DNA of 64,000 nucleotides from an uncultured Collinsella sp. (GCA_947642445.1 CANRSF010000009.1:6223-70222); one strand, 5' to 3'. Positions 39,428 to 51,046 are shown, numbered from the stretch's first letter. Program-made: numbers and translations. The notes: a model not told the origin generated them from the sequence alone.

Positions 39428-42166
39428 GTGGCAGACGATATCAACAATAACGAGGGTATGGGCGAGGCCGGCGATGCCGGCATGCCCGACGATCTGAAGC
39501 GCCTGCTTGCCCGCGCTGAGCAGGGCGAGGACGGCGATCCTGACGCCTATAACCCCGATGCCGATGATGACGAGGAAGAGGACGACGGTGAGCTCGAGGA
39601 GAGCTTTGGCGAAGTCGACCGTGGCGCCTCGGCCGGCGAGGATATCAATGGCGGCCAGCTCCAGATTTCGGAGTTCGGTCGCGAGATGAAGCAGTCGTTT
39701 ATCGAGTATTCGATGTCGGTCATCACGGCGCGCGCCCTGCCGGACGTGCGCGACGGCCTAAAGCCGGTGCACCGCCGCATCCTGTACGCGATGAACGAGA
39801 GCGGCATCTACCCCAACCGCCCGCACAAGAAGTCGGCCTGGACGGTCGGCGAAGTTATCGGTAAGTACCACCCGCATGGCGACTCCGCGGTCTATGAGGC
39901 CATGGTCCGCCTGGCGCAGTGGTTCTCCATGCGCACGCCGCTCATCGACGGTCACGGCAACTTCGGTAACATCGACGGCGACGGCGCGGCGGCCATGCGT
40001 TACACCGAGAGCCGCCTAGCAAAGCCCGCCATGGAATTGCTGCGTGACTTGCAGAAGGATACCGTCGACTGGCAGCCCAACTACGACGAATCGCTCGCCG
40101 AGCCTCAGGCGCTGCCTGCGCGCTTCCCCAACCTGCTGGTCAACGGCAGCCAGGGCATCGCCGTCGGCATGGCCACCAATATCGCCCCGCATAACCTCAC
40201 CGAGGCGATCGAGGCAACCTGCTACCTGATCGATAATCCCGACGCCACTGTCGACGAGCTCATGCAGATCATGCCCGGTCCGGACTTCCCCACCGGCGCC
40301 ATCATCATGGGCAGTGCCGGTATTAAGCAGAGCTACAAGACCGGCCGTGGCTCCATTACCGTGCGCGCCAAGGCTCACGTGGAGTCCACCAAGACCGGCC
40401 GCAGCCGCCTGGTCTTTACCGAGATTCCCTACATGGTCAACAAGGGCACCCTGCAGGAGAAGATCGCCCAGCTCGTCAACGACAAGCGCATCGAGGGTAT
40501 CTCGGATATGCGCGATGAGTCCAACCAGAAGGGTATCCGTCTGGTCATCGAACTCAAGAAGGGCGTCATCCCGCAGGTCGTGCTCAACAACCTGTACAAG
40601 TACACCTCGCTGCAGACGACCTTTGGCGCCAACAACCTGGCGCTTGTCAACGGCGTTCCCAAATGCCTGAGCCTGCGCGAGATGCTGCAGCACTACATCG
40701 ACCACCAGGTCGACGTTGTCACCCGCCGCACCCGCTTCGACCTTAAGAAGGCCCGGGCCCGCGCGCATATCCTTGAGGGCTACCTGATGGCCCTTGACCA
40801 TATCGACGAGGTCATCAGCATCATCCGCTCCTCGCAGACCGACTCCGAGGCCAGCAGCCGCCTGATCGAGCGCTTTGGCTTTACGCCCGAGCAGACCACG
40901 GCCATCCTCGAGATGAAGCTGCGCCGCCTGACCGGCCTGGAGCGCGACAAGATCCAGGAAGAGCTGGACGGCCTGCGCCGCGCCATCGCCTACTACGAGG
41001 ACCTACTGGCGCACGAGGAGAAGATCCTGGGCGTCATTAAGGAAGAGATGCGCGAGATCTCCAAGAAGTTTGGCGATAAGCGCCGCACCGAGATCAGCCA
41101 GGTCGAGAAGGACCTGGACGTCGAGGACCTCATTGCCGACGAGGACATGGTCGTGACCATCACCCACACCGGCTATGTCAAGCGCATCCCGGTGGCCGCC
41201 TACCGCGCCCAGAAACGCGGCGGCAAGGGCGTGTCGGGCGTCAACCTCAAAGAGGACGATGTCATCGACGAGATGTTCATCGCGTCCACGCACGAGTACG
41301 TGCTGTTCTTCTCGAGCAAGGGCAAGGTCTATCGCCTGAAGGTGCACGAGCTGCCGGTGGGTACGCGCCAGGCGCGCGGTACCGCGATCGTCAACCTGCT
41401 GCCCTTCGAGGAGGGCGAGAAGATCGCGAGCGTCATCAGCTGCCGTGAGTTCCCTGCCGACGAGTATCTGATGTTTGCCACCAAGAGCGGCATGGTCAAG
41501 AAGACCGTGATGAGCGCATATGACCGCAGCCGTCGCGACGGCCTGATCGCTATCAACCTGCGTGACGACGACGCGCTGCTGAACGTGCGCCGCGTGCGCG
41601 AGGGCGACAAGATTATCCTGGCCACCACCGCGGGCAAGGCGATTATGTTCTCCGAGGAGCAGGTGCGTGCCACCGGCCGCGATACCAGCGGTGTTCGCGG
41701 TATCGGCATGAAGGACGGCGTGAGCGTTCTGGGCATGGAAGTCACTAACGGCAACGGCGATCTGTTCGTCATCACCGAGCGCGGCTACGGCAAGCGCACG
41801 CCGGTCGCGGACTACCCGGAGCAGAATCGCGGCGGCCAGGGCGTCTACACCATCCAAATGACCGAGCGTAAGGGTAACCTCGCGGCCATGAAGACGGTGG
41901 GCCCGCAGCACGAGCTGTTCATCGTGACGGAAGGCGCGACGGTCATTCGCGTCAAGACCGACGAGATCAGCCAGACCGGCCGCGCCACCCAGGGCGTCAA
42001 GATGATGACCGTCGACGACAACGACCGCGTATGCGCCGTGGCCCGCATGACAGCCGCCAAGGAGAAGCCCGAAGGCGAAGGTGTCGAGGCCGCAGCCGAT
42101 ACCGAAGAGGCCCCAGTCGACCTAGGCGACGGCAACGACATGCCAGAGGATCTCCTCGACGAGTAA
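39428..42166 (+). CDS. gyrA: DNA gyrase subunit A
   Basis: YSMSVI..RALPD.RDGLKPV.RR, KYHPHGD, AAMRYTE, GyrA-box QKRGGKG; acidic N and C extensions. Confidence 0.98.
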   Translation: MADDINNNEGMGEAGDAGMPDDLKRLLARAEQGEDGDPDAYNPDADDDEEEDDGELEESFGEVDRGASAGEDINGGQLQISEFGREMKQSFIEYSMSVITARALPDVRDGLKPVHRRILYAMNESGIYPNRPHKKSAWTVGEVIGKYHPHGDSAVYEAMVRLAQWFSMRTPLIDGHGNFGNIDGDGAAAMRYTESRLAKPAMELLRDLQKDTVDWQPNYDESLAEPQALPARFPNLLVNGSQGIAVGMATNIAPHNLTEAIEATCYLIDNPDATVDELMQIMPGPDFPTGAIIMGSAGIKQSYKTGRGSITVRAKAHVESTKTGRSRLVFTEIPYMVNKGTLQEKIAQLVNDKRIEGISDMRDESNQKGIRLVIELKKGVIPQVVLNNLYKYTSLQTTFGANNLALVNGVPKCLSLREMLQHYIDHQVDVVTRRTRFDLKKARARAHILEGYLMALDHIDEVISIIRSSQTDSEASSRLIERFGFTPEQTTAILEMKLRRLTGLERDKIQEELDGLRRAIAYYEDLLAHEEKILGVIKEEMREISKKFGDKRRTEISQVEKDLDVEDLIADEDMVVTITHTGYVKRIPVAAYRAQKRGGKGVSGVNLKEDDVIDEMFIASTHEYVLFFSSKGKVYRLKVHELPVGTRQARGTAIVNLLPFEEGEKIASVISCREFPADEYLMFATKSGMVKKTVMSAYDRSRRDGLIAINLRDDDALLNVRRVREGDKIILATTAGKAIMFSEEQVRATGRDTSGVRGIGMKDGVSVLGMEVTNGNGDLFVITERGYGKRTPVADYPEQNRGGQGVYTIQMTERKGNLAAMKTVGPQHELFIVTEGATVIRVKTDEISQTGRATQGVKMMTVDDNDRVCAVARMTAAKEKPEGEGVEAAADTEEAPVDLGDGNDMPEDLLDE

Positions 42167-42233
42167 GAGGCCCTAGCTGGTAGAAAATATCAGACCCCAT
42201 ATATCGGCGGTCGGCGCACTGCGCGCCGACCGC

Positions 42234-42414
42234 TTTTTTGACAATCTTGGGACCCCATGGTCGCTGAGCTGGCGGGATGGTTTTGGTTTGTCGCGAGTTC
42301 CGCACGCAAAGAAGGCCACTTAATGTGGCCTTCGTCTTGCGCAGGACTGTCCGAGCAGCAAACCAAAACCATCCCGCCAGCCCAGCGACCACCCTCCCAA
42401 AGATTTTCAAAAAA
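42234..42414. repeat. About 180-bp long palindrome between gyrA and the tRNA promoter
   Basis: 33-bp arms (42258-42290 / 42359-42391) with one mismatch; central GAAGGCCAC-ttaat-GTGGCCTTC. Confidence 0.85.
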
Positions 42415-42418
42415 GTTG

Positions 42419-42448
42419 TTGACGCGCGCGTAACGACTCGTCTAATAT
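42419..42448 (+). promoter_or_regulatory. Putative tRNA operon promoter
   Basis: TTGACG-18 bp-TAATAT, 14 bp before tRNA-Ile. Confidence 0.6.
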
Positions 42449-42462
42449 ATCCCTTGCGCGAT

Positions 42463-42539
42463 GGACCTGTAGCTCAGTTGGTTAGAGCGTCCGGCTGATA
42501 ACCGGGAGGTCACAAGTTCGAATCTTGTCAGGTCCACCA
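42463..42539 (+). tRNA. tRNA-Ile(GAT)
   Basis: Cloverleaf, loop CTGATAA, GTTCGAAT, CCA. Confidence 0.97.
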
Positions 42540-42606
42540 CTTTCTTTCGCAATAAACACCCCAGCGAGAGCCGAGTCGCCGCTGGGGTGTTTATTACTGT
42601 CTCCGT

Positions 42607-42682
42607 GGGGGTTTAGCTCAGCTGGGAGAGCGCGGGCTTTGCAAGCCTGAGGTCAGGGGTTCGATCCCCCTAACCTCCACCA
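42607..42682 (+). tRNA. tRNA-Ala(TGC)
   Basis: G3:U70 pair, loop TTTGCAA, GTTCGAT, CCA. Confidence 0.97.
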
Positions 42683-42686
42683 TGAT

Positions 42687-42763
42687 GGACCTGTAGCTCA
42701 GTTGGTTAGAGCGTCCGGCTGATAACCGGGAGGTCACAAGTTCGAATCTTGTCAGGTCCACCA
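42687..42763 (+). tRNA. tRNA-Ile(GAT), identical second copy
   Basis: 77 nt identical to 42463-42539. Confidence 0.97.
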
Positions 42764-42774
42764 TCAAAACTGTG

Positions 42775-42807
42775 AAGAGCCTCGAGGGTTTCCTCGGGGC
42801 TTTTTTC
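42775..42807 (+). terminator. Terminator of the tRNA cluster
   Basis: AGAGCCTCGAGG-gttt-CCTCGGGGCTTT followed by a T run. Confidence 0.75.
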
Positions 42808-42945
42808 TTACCTGCTGGAGTAGTCAAAAGAGCCCCGTCCCAAAAAGACTACTTTGATTTTGTGTGCTGTGCGAAAGTTTGGGTAGTATAGCTATTCAAT
42901 GCGGCGGGCTGCCGCGTGTTAACCGCTACGTACCGGAGGTGTTCC

Positions 42946-43446
42946 ATGGTTCGTGTCGACATAGAGACCATCGTCATGGCCGCCGGTCCCGTGCCATCGC
43001 TTATCGTACTTCGTGAGCGCAGCAGCAAATCGGACTCGCCCGCGCCGCTGCGTTCCCTTTCCATTCAGACTGGTTCGTTTGAAGCTGCTGCCATCAGCCG
43101 CGGCATCGATAGCGGCCGCGCCGAGCGCCCGATTACCCATGACCTGCTGCTCGATACCGTTGACGCCCTGGGCGCCAAGCTCGAGCGCATCGAGATCGTT
43201 CGCGCCGAGCCGCCGGTGTTCTACGCGACGATCGTCGTACTGGCCGATGGCGAGGAGCGCAAGATCGACGCCCGCCCCAGTGATGCCATTGCCCTTGCCG
43301 TGCGCAGCAATGCCCCCATGTTTGTGGAGGACGACATCATGAATCGCCTGGGCACTGTTTCCACCCACGCCGAGGATGTCGACGACGAGCAGGAGTTCGA
43401 GAAGTTCGACGAGTTCGTCCATACGCTCTCCCCCGATGATTTCTAA
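42946..43446 (+). CDS. Bifunctional nuclease family (DUF151) protein
   Basis: L.I..G.FEA.AI......RP.THDL, DARPSDAIALAVR..AP.FV. Confidence 0.92.
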   Translation: MVRVDIETIVMAAGPVPSLIVLRERSSKSDSPAPLRSLSIQTGSFEAAAISRGIDSGRAERPITHDLLLDTVDALGAKLERIEIVRAEPPVFYATIVVLADGEERKIDARPSDAIALAVRSNAPMFVEDDIMNRLGTVSTHAEDVDDEQEFEKFDEFVHTLSPDDF

Positions 43447-43833
43447 ATGTCTGGCACGCGAGCGGAGAGGTCGCTGATGGGTACCCGCGTATCGGCTGAG
43501 GCGGCGGCCATTGCGCGCGAGGCCCAGATGCGCTCGGAGGCTTCTGAGGCGGCTCGCATTGCCTATGTGACGCAGGCCCGCACGCTTCGCGAGCGCCGCG
43601 GCTCGTTTATCAAGATGGTTGTCGTCTCCGCCCTTGTCGCGGCAATCTGCTCGCGCCTTCGTGGTACAGTTGGTGCGCTTGGGTTTTCGATTTCAACAGG
43701 CTTGGTAATCTGGGGTGTGGTCGATGCAGTAATGCTGACCAACCAGATCAAGGTACTCGACAAGCGCGCGATGGATATGATGCGCGCCCGCGACGCTGCC
43801 GCCAAGATCGCTGCCGAGGCACAAGAACTGTAA
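43447..43833 (+). CDS. Hypothetical two-TM membrane protein
   Basis: 128 aa with two hydrophobic segments; abuts the upstream stop. Confidence 0.7.
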   Translation: MSGTRAERSLMGTRVSAEAAAIAREAQMRSEASEAARIAYVTQARTLRERRGSFIKMVVVSALVAAICSRLRGTVGALGFSISTGLVIWGVVDAVMLTNQIKVLDKRAMDMMRARDAAAKIAAEAQEL

Positions 43834-43863
43834 CGACGCCGGACTCGATGGGAAGGTCTAAAG

Positions 43864-44313
43864 ATGGCACAGGATATGCAGGACGCCGGTAACGTCTCCG
43901 CCGAGCTCGACGCCATGGTGTGCGATCTGATTGGCGCCTTCTTGGACGACCTTGCCGCCGGTGAGAATCCGGGCGTAGTTGTGGCGATCGAGGACGCTGC
44001 TTCCAACCGCTATCTGGCCGCGCTCGACGAGGATGGCGAGGAGGCATGTCTGGAGGCTGCCACCAACTTTATCTCCGAGCACAAGATGGGTCTTAAGGAC
44101 GAGGGCCTGGGCCGTATCGCCCGCTATGCCATCGGCTACACCGGCTGCGTCGAGATTGACGGCGGCTATCACGATGCTCTGCTCGTGAGCTTCTTCGAAA
44201 CCACGCTCGAGAGCGGTTTTTCGGCATACGTGCTGTATGAGGGCATGGGTGCCGGCGATGGTTTTATGTGGAGCGACCCTGAACCTGCAGGTGAGGAAAC
44301 CCCTCTTATCTAA
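43864..44313 (+). CDS. Hypothetical acidic protein
   Basis: 149-aa ORF with host-like codon use, AAGG upstream. Confidence 0.7.
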   Translation: MAQDMQDAGNVSAELDAMVCDLIGAFLDDLAAGENPGVVVAIEDAASNRYLAALDEDGEEACLEAATNFISEHKMGLKDEGLGRIARYAIGYTGCVEIDGGYHDALLVSFFETTLESGFSAYVLYEGMGAGDGFMWSDPEPAGEETPLI

Positions 44314-44430
44314 AATCGCTAAAATAAACGAGTTTTCGGTAAAAGGCTCAATATTCCCGCTGAGCGTTGTATCGCTGGGCGGGCCGCATACGCGTGCCGT
44401 TTGTATATGGATAGAAGATAGGGGAACTAC

Positions 44431-46269
<1,839 letters not shown>

Positions 46270-46293
46270 GCGCTGGGGCTTATAACTGCCAAT

Positions 46294-46331
46294 AAGAAAG
46301 GGCGCCGACCGCAATGGTCGGCGCCCTTTTT
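46294..46331 (+). terminator. typA terminator
   Basis: AAGGGCGCCGACC-gcaat-GGTCGGCGCCCTT followed by a T run. Confidence 0.8.
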
Positions 46332-46398
46332 GGTGCACGGGGATTGAGAAGGCCTGCACCACCACAAAGGTGCCTGTCCCCTTTGTGGTGGTTGTCGG

Positions 46399-47544
46399 CT
46401 AAGCGGTGGGGAGTTCCGGCGCATTAGCCGGCTGCTGCGGCTTGAGGTGGGCGTTGTGCCAGATGATTTGGATGATGTAGCCGAGCATAAAGACAAAGGC
46501 CACGCCGCTGATGAAGCCGCCTACGAGGGGAAGCCCCGTGAGGGCGCCTGCGATTACGCCACCAGCGGCGGCCATGGCGTAGCGGTTCTGGTTGTGTCCG
46601 ACCATGCGGGCGATTGCGCACCCCGCAAAGGCACTCGACACCAACGCGATGCCGATAACGCCGCACAAGAGGGCTCCGGCAAGCGACAGGCCAGCGATAG
46701 AGATAATCAGCAGTAGGACGGCGGGGACGACAGCAATCGTACCCAGAAGACCGCTCACCCACAGGGGCATGGGGCGCTGGTGGAGCATACCGGCGGCGCT
46801 GGCAGTCGCACGCGGAAAGACGAGCTCGAGCAGCAGAGCGACAAAGCAGGTCGAGAGTGCCGCGGCGACGATACCGCCGATGACATCGTTAACAGTGGAA
46901 GTATCCTCGTTCTCGGTGCGGTCGATCTTGAGCGCGCCGACCTCGGCTCCCGCAGCGCGCTCGGGGTCCTCGGAGACGTGCGCGTTCACGGTGCCGGTGA
47001 TGTGGGCGTTTTTGCCCAGGATGAGCTTGTCGGCCCAAACCTCGACATCGCCCTCGACGGTGCCATCGATGGTCACCGTGTCGCCCGCAAGCGCTGCCGA
47101 CTTGGTAGAGCCGCGCAGGGCAACCGTCTCGCCTATCGCATAGAAACAGTTGGCGGTGCTATCGGAATTGAGCACGACATGCTGACCAGCGACGGTCACG
47201 CTGCCATCAACCGTGGTCTTGGCAATGTCGATGGTGCGTGCCGCCAGACGGACGGCACCGCCCACCGTGCAGTCGCGGATCGAGAGAGTATCGCCCGCGG
47301 CGATGATATCGCGGTCGATGGAGACATCGTCCAGTTCGAGACTCTGACCGGCCCAATACAGGTCGCCCTCGACACCGGACGGATTAGAGTCGTTGTCGGT
47401 TGCAAGTACGTTGCCTGCCGTGTCCGTGCCGGCAAATGACGCCGTGGGAAGTGCGGTGAGCGCCAGCGCGATGAGCGCGAATAGGATGGTGATGCGGCCC
47501 CACGCTTTACGGCGCTGGGTCGACGGGAATTGATTGCGGGACAT
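46399..47544 (-). CDS. Bactofilin-like (polymer-forming) repeat protein with C-terminal multi-pass membrane domain
   Basis: Signal peptide; repeats of V.G.V..AG..V.I.G.V.GD; several TM helices; start MSRNQF. Confidence 0.75.
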   Translation of the reverse strand: MSRNQFPSTQRRKAWGRITILFALIALALTALPTASFAGTDTAGNVLATDNDSNPSGVEGDLYWAGQSLELDDVSIDRDIIAAGDTLSIRDCTVGGAVRLAARTIDIAKTTVDGSVTVAGQHVVLNSDSTANCFYAIGETVALRGSTKSAALAGDTVTIDGTVEGDVEVWADKLILGKNAHITGTVNAHVSEDPERAAGAEVGALKIDRTENEDTSTVNDVIGGIVAAALSTCFVALLLELVFPRATASAAGMLHQRPMPLWVSGLLGTIAVVPAVLLLIISIAGLSLAGALLCGVIGIALVSSAFAGCAIARMVGHNQNRYAMAAAGGVIAGALTGLPLVGGFISGVAFVFMLGYIIQIIWHNAHLKPQQPANAPELPTA

Positions 47545-47650
47545 AGTGAATCCTTCGTCAGATGCTCGATATGTACTTAACAGGGTACCCAACGCGTGGG
47601 CGCTCTAAAAGAACCTCTCGGTTGCATTTCGAAGGATGAACCCGCGCTAC

Positions 47651-48457
47651 CTACTTTTTGCGATGCAAAAAGCGCGCGATGTCTTCTTCGGTGGGGCTTT
47701 TGATGTCAAAGCGCAGCGACAGCCAGCGCAGACCCATGGTCACCACGACGCAAACGACCAGTGCGACGACATTGCTGACCAAGCCGCTCATGACAAGGCA
47801 AACATAGCTTGCCGATCCGGCGATGGCCGCGATGGCATAGAAGTTAGTGCGTTGGAAAATGCCCGGCACCACACCCATAAAACCATCTCGCAGCATGCCG
47901 CCGCCCACCGCGGTAAAAAAGCCCATCATGATGCACACCGCCGGCGCAAAGCCGTAGACCAGCGCCTTGTCTGCGCCGGTTGCCGCATAGATGCCGACCG
48001 AGATGATATCGAGCAAGGGGATGAGTTTTTCGGGCTTGTCGACGATTGCCGGGAAAATGTAGATGATGGCTGCCGTAGCGATGGAGAGCGGCAGCGCCAT
48101 TGGCTGGTTGAGGATGTAGACGTTGCCCACCTGCAGCGTCATATCGCGCAAAAGACCGCCGCCCAGACCGCAGACCACCGCGAGCGCAACTGCACCCACC
48201 AGGTCGAGTTTGTGCTCGCGCGCAACCAGCACACCCGAGATCGATGCAGCGACAACAGCGAACATTTCGAGCCAAAACGGGATGGCGACCATGGCATCCG
48301 TGGCGTGTGAGGTAACGGTCATAGCGGCGACGACGGGCAAGATGGAATCCTTTGAGTTGCAGGTTTGGACAATGCCCGTACATAGTACATGGTTGGCGGC
48401 GATTGCGACCCTATTGCTCGGCAAACGGTAGGGGTTGGGTGCGGTCATAGGTTCCAA
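47651..48457 (-). CDS. TRIC/UPF0126-family membrane protein (start uncertain)
   Basis: A.SG.L.A....D..G...LA...GLGGG..RD, T.VGGG.LRD duplicated halves. Confidence 0.9.
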   Translation of the reverse strand: MEPMTAPNPYRLPSNRVAIAANHVLCTGIVQTCNSKDSILPVVAAMTVTSHATDAMVAIPFWLEMFAVVAASISGVLVAREHKLDLVGAVALAVVCGLGGGLLRDMTLQVGNVYILNQPMALPLSIATAAIIYIFPAIVDKPEKLIPLLDIISVGIYAATGADKALVYGFAPAVCIMMGFFTAVGGGMLRDGFMGVVPGIFQRTNFYAIAAIAGSASYVCLVMSGLVSNVVALVVCVVVTMGLRWLSLRFDIKSPTEEDIARFLHRKK

Positions 48458-48520
48458 ACATGTATACCAGCCTCCAAAGATGTCGAAAAATGTCGTTTTT
48501 GGCGGATGATGTACATGTTT
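48456..48520. repeat. 65-bp self-palindromic inverted repeat, left copy
   Basis: 57/65 identical to the reverse complement of 49657-49721. Confidence 0.88.
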
Positions 48521-48543
48521 TGGCGCGCGCCGAGCGGGCGACG

Positions 48544-49551
48544 TTACTCGGAGGGCGTCTCTATGTCCTTCGTGCCCTTCCAGTTGCGGATAAGTGCCTT
48601 TCGCAGTTCGTTTTGCTTTCGCTGATACTCGGCATCCGTGCAGCGGGGCATACCGAGTGCTTCGCGGATATTGTTCATGGCACGGTGAAAAGCGAGTTGA
48701 CTGGCAAATTGCGCTGAGGTGAGTGTGACAATGCGATAACCCATTTGGGCGAGCACAGCCTCGCGTTCCGCATCTGCTCCCTTACGGCCAGTCTCGTCGT
48801 GAAAGCCACCCTTATATTCGATGCCGAGCTCTCTGCGCTTATAGGTAATGAGGGCATCGATTTTGAGTGTTCGGGCTTTGGTGCAATGCCAAAGACGTTG
48901 AGGGATCTCGAGCGGTCGGTTGAGCTCGATGCCTCGAATGCCAACGCCGCCTTCGCTTGTTGGAAGTGAAAGTGCGATTGCCGATGCAGCCTCCATAGGC
49001 GAGACCGAGTGGTCGTAGACATGTCTGAGCGCGAGTCGCGCGCGTGTGGCACCGGGTTTGCCAGGGTGTTGATCGAGCAGTTCGACAATTTCGTCCTTGG
49101 AGGTGGTTGCTGGTTGCTCGGTATAAGGGTCAGAGGGATTAAGGCCCATGCGATAGTCGCCGCAAACTTCGTAGCCATACTCGAGGTATTCGATTCTATC
49201 CATCCACTCGGCGGCGAGCACGAAGGTGAAGGCTTCGTCGGTGATAAAGATGCCGGGCGTAAGCTCGTCAATATGGCCATAGGGTAGGCTTTGGCCGAGA
49301 ACATGGCAAGTGACGCCGTTGGTGCGAATTCGCTCGAAAGCAAACACTACGGAGATATCGATAGTCTTGAACATATCGGGCGGAATGCCGCAGTCGGTGA
49401 GGGCCTGTCGTATGCGCGCGATGCGTTGCTGGGTGGAGAGACCTCTTGCGCCTATCTGGTAGTCGTGTTGCGCGACCGCTTGAACCCGGCCTTGCGGCGC
49501 GTGATGGACGAGCCATGCAGTTTTATGCGAAATGAGAACAGGGGTATCCAT
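48544..49551 (-). CDS. Putative AbiEi-like N-domain + Vsr/DUF559-like PD-(D/E)xK nuclease-fold protein
   Basis: SPME....L.LP...GG.G...ELN...I...ID......GIEYKG..H......D..R...L...GY....LT..Q pattern; GAGAGG RBS. Confidence 0.7.
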   Translation of the reverse strand: MDTPVLISHKTAWLVHHAPQGRVQAVAQHDYQIGARGLSTQQRIARIRQALTDCGIPPDMFKTIDISVVFAFERIRTNGVTCHVLGQSLPYGHIDELTPGIFITDEAFTFVLAAEWMDRIEYLEYGYEVCGDYRMGLNPSDPYTEQPATTSKDEIVELLDQHPGKPGATRARLALRHVYDHSVSPMEAASAIALSLPTSEGGVGIRGIELNRPLEIPQRLWHCTKARTLKIDALITYKRRELGIEYKGGFHDETGRKGADAEREAVLAQMGYRIVTLTSAQFASQLAFHRAMNNIREALGMPRCTDAEYQRKQNELRKALIRNWKGTKDIETPSE

Positions 49552-49656
49552 TGGGGACCTCTCGCTCTGAGTCGATACCCAACTCTTATGTCCGTTGAGG
49601 TGGGGAAATATACCGAATGCGAGTAAGCCGACTCATGCACGGCGTGTGTCATATAC

Positions 49657-49721
49657 AAACGTGTACACCACCCTCCAAAAACGACATTTTTTGACATCTT
49701 TGGAGGGTGATGTACATGTTT
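49657..49721. repeat. 65-bp self-palindromic inverted repeat, right copy
   Basis: AAACGTGTACACCACCCTCCAAAAACGACA...TCTTTGGAGGGTGATGTACATGTTT. Confidence 0.88.
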
Positions 49722-49762
49722 GGGATGTTGGGTTGGGATTGAACGTGATGGGGGTGTGGGTT

Positions 49763-49906
49763 GAAGAGGAGGGATGTCTAAATTTTGAGCAGCGCTCAAA
49801 ATTTATCCGGTCGGCTTACGCCGACCGCGCTGCGCTAAAAACGCGCCACTGGCGCGTTTTCTTTACGCTCCGCGCCCTGGCGGGTTCGAATCCCTCCTCC
49901 TCCGCC
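49763..49906. repeat. tRNA-Ser-derived three-hairpin element
   Basis: 13-bp terminal inverted repeat from the tRNA-Ser 3' end, three internal hairpins, inverted GGGTTCGAATCCCTCC..CTCCGCC. Confidence 0.8.
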
Positions 49907-49970
49907 GTATTTCTTTTTACGGTACTCTAACCAAAACTGCCCCGGTTTTGGGGCTCTTTCACAACCCATA

Positions 49971-50061
49971 TGGCGGAGAGGGAGGGATTCGAACCCTCGT
50001 GACCTTATACAGGCCAAACGGTTTTCGAGACCGCCGCATTCAACCACTCTGCCACCCCTCC
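49971..50061 (-). tRNA. tRNA-Ser(CGA)
   Basis: 91 nt, long variable arm, loop CTCGAAA, CCA. Confidence 0.96.
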
Positions 50062-50109
50062 GCGTGGGGTAAAAACAAAGCAGGCTCGAAGGCCTGCTTT
50101 GGAATTAAC

Positions 50110-50200
50110 TGGCGGAGAGTCAGGGATTTGAACCCTGGAGACGCTTTTGACGCCTACACGATTTCCAATCGTGCTCCTTCGGCCACTCGGACAACTCTCC
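50110..50200 (-). tRNA. tRNA-Ser(GGA)
   Basis: 91 nt, long variable arm, loop TTGGAAA, CCA. Confidence 0.96.
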
Positions 50201-50704
50201 GTTAAATGCGAAAGTCAGTATACACGAGGAATCGCAAAGTGCAAACAGAAAAGTTGGCATTTTTTAAAACGCTTGGCCGCACTTGTCGTTGCAGTGGGGT
50301 TTGAGGTGCCAAAAAACGGCTTCCGACCAGCGTGGTTGATCAGCTCAATTGTTCAAAAGGGGTATTCATAAGCGACTTGGCAATGAATTTAAAAATCTAT
50401 GGGTGCTGCTGTGGACCACTGGTATGCATTTTGCGACCACAGCCTTGTGCCCGTTGACCTGCGGCTTGGCTCAGCTTGTCCCCGCGGCATCGTATCTTGT
50501 CCACAAATCCGTCAAGCTCTTGGTCAGCATTTGGTTGGAATGTGCATGAAACGCCGTGTGAGTATGGACATATGTGGAGGTCATGAGGTTGTAGCTGCAT
50601 ATTCTTGCGGCCTGGGAGGTTGAAAGATATTATTACCAAGTCTTTTCCTGCTTCAGGCGCACCTTCACGACCTGAAGCCACATTTGCCCAGAGGAGGTGA
50701 CAAT

Positions 50705-50998
50705 ATGAAGGCTTATGAACTGCTGTTCTTTGTTGACCCGTCGCTCGACCCCGAGACTCGTCTCGCTGTTATGAAGCGTATCGATACCACGATCGCTGAG
50801 GGCGCTGGCAAGGTCGACTCCGTTGACGAGTGGGGCAAGCGCAAGCTCGCCTACGAGATCAACGACCTCACCGATGGTGACTACACCCTCATCAACTTCC
50901 ACGCAGATCCTACCCAGATCGCCGAGCTTGATCGCGTCCTGCGCATCACCGACGCTGTGGTCCGCCACATGATCGTCCGTCGCGACGACCAGGAGTAA
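50705..50998 (+). CDS. rpsF: 30S ribosomal protein S6
   Basis: MKAYEL, WGKRKLAYEI, LRI...V.RH; GAGGAGG RBS. Confidence 0.97.
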   Translation: MKAYELLFFVDPSLDPETRLAVMKRIDTTIAEGAGKVDSVDEWGKRKLAYEINDLTDGDYTLINFHADPTQIAELDRVLRITDAVVRHMIVRRDDQE

Positions 50999-51046
50999 GA
51001 CTGTCGTTTTGGACTGGGCTTGTGCCCCAAGAGGAAGTAGTGAGTT

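Noticed and set aside
42463-42763. rRNA operon spacer (Ile-Ala)
   Set aside because: No 16S or 23S sequence flanks the tRNAs; they have their own promoter and terminator.
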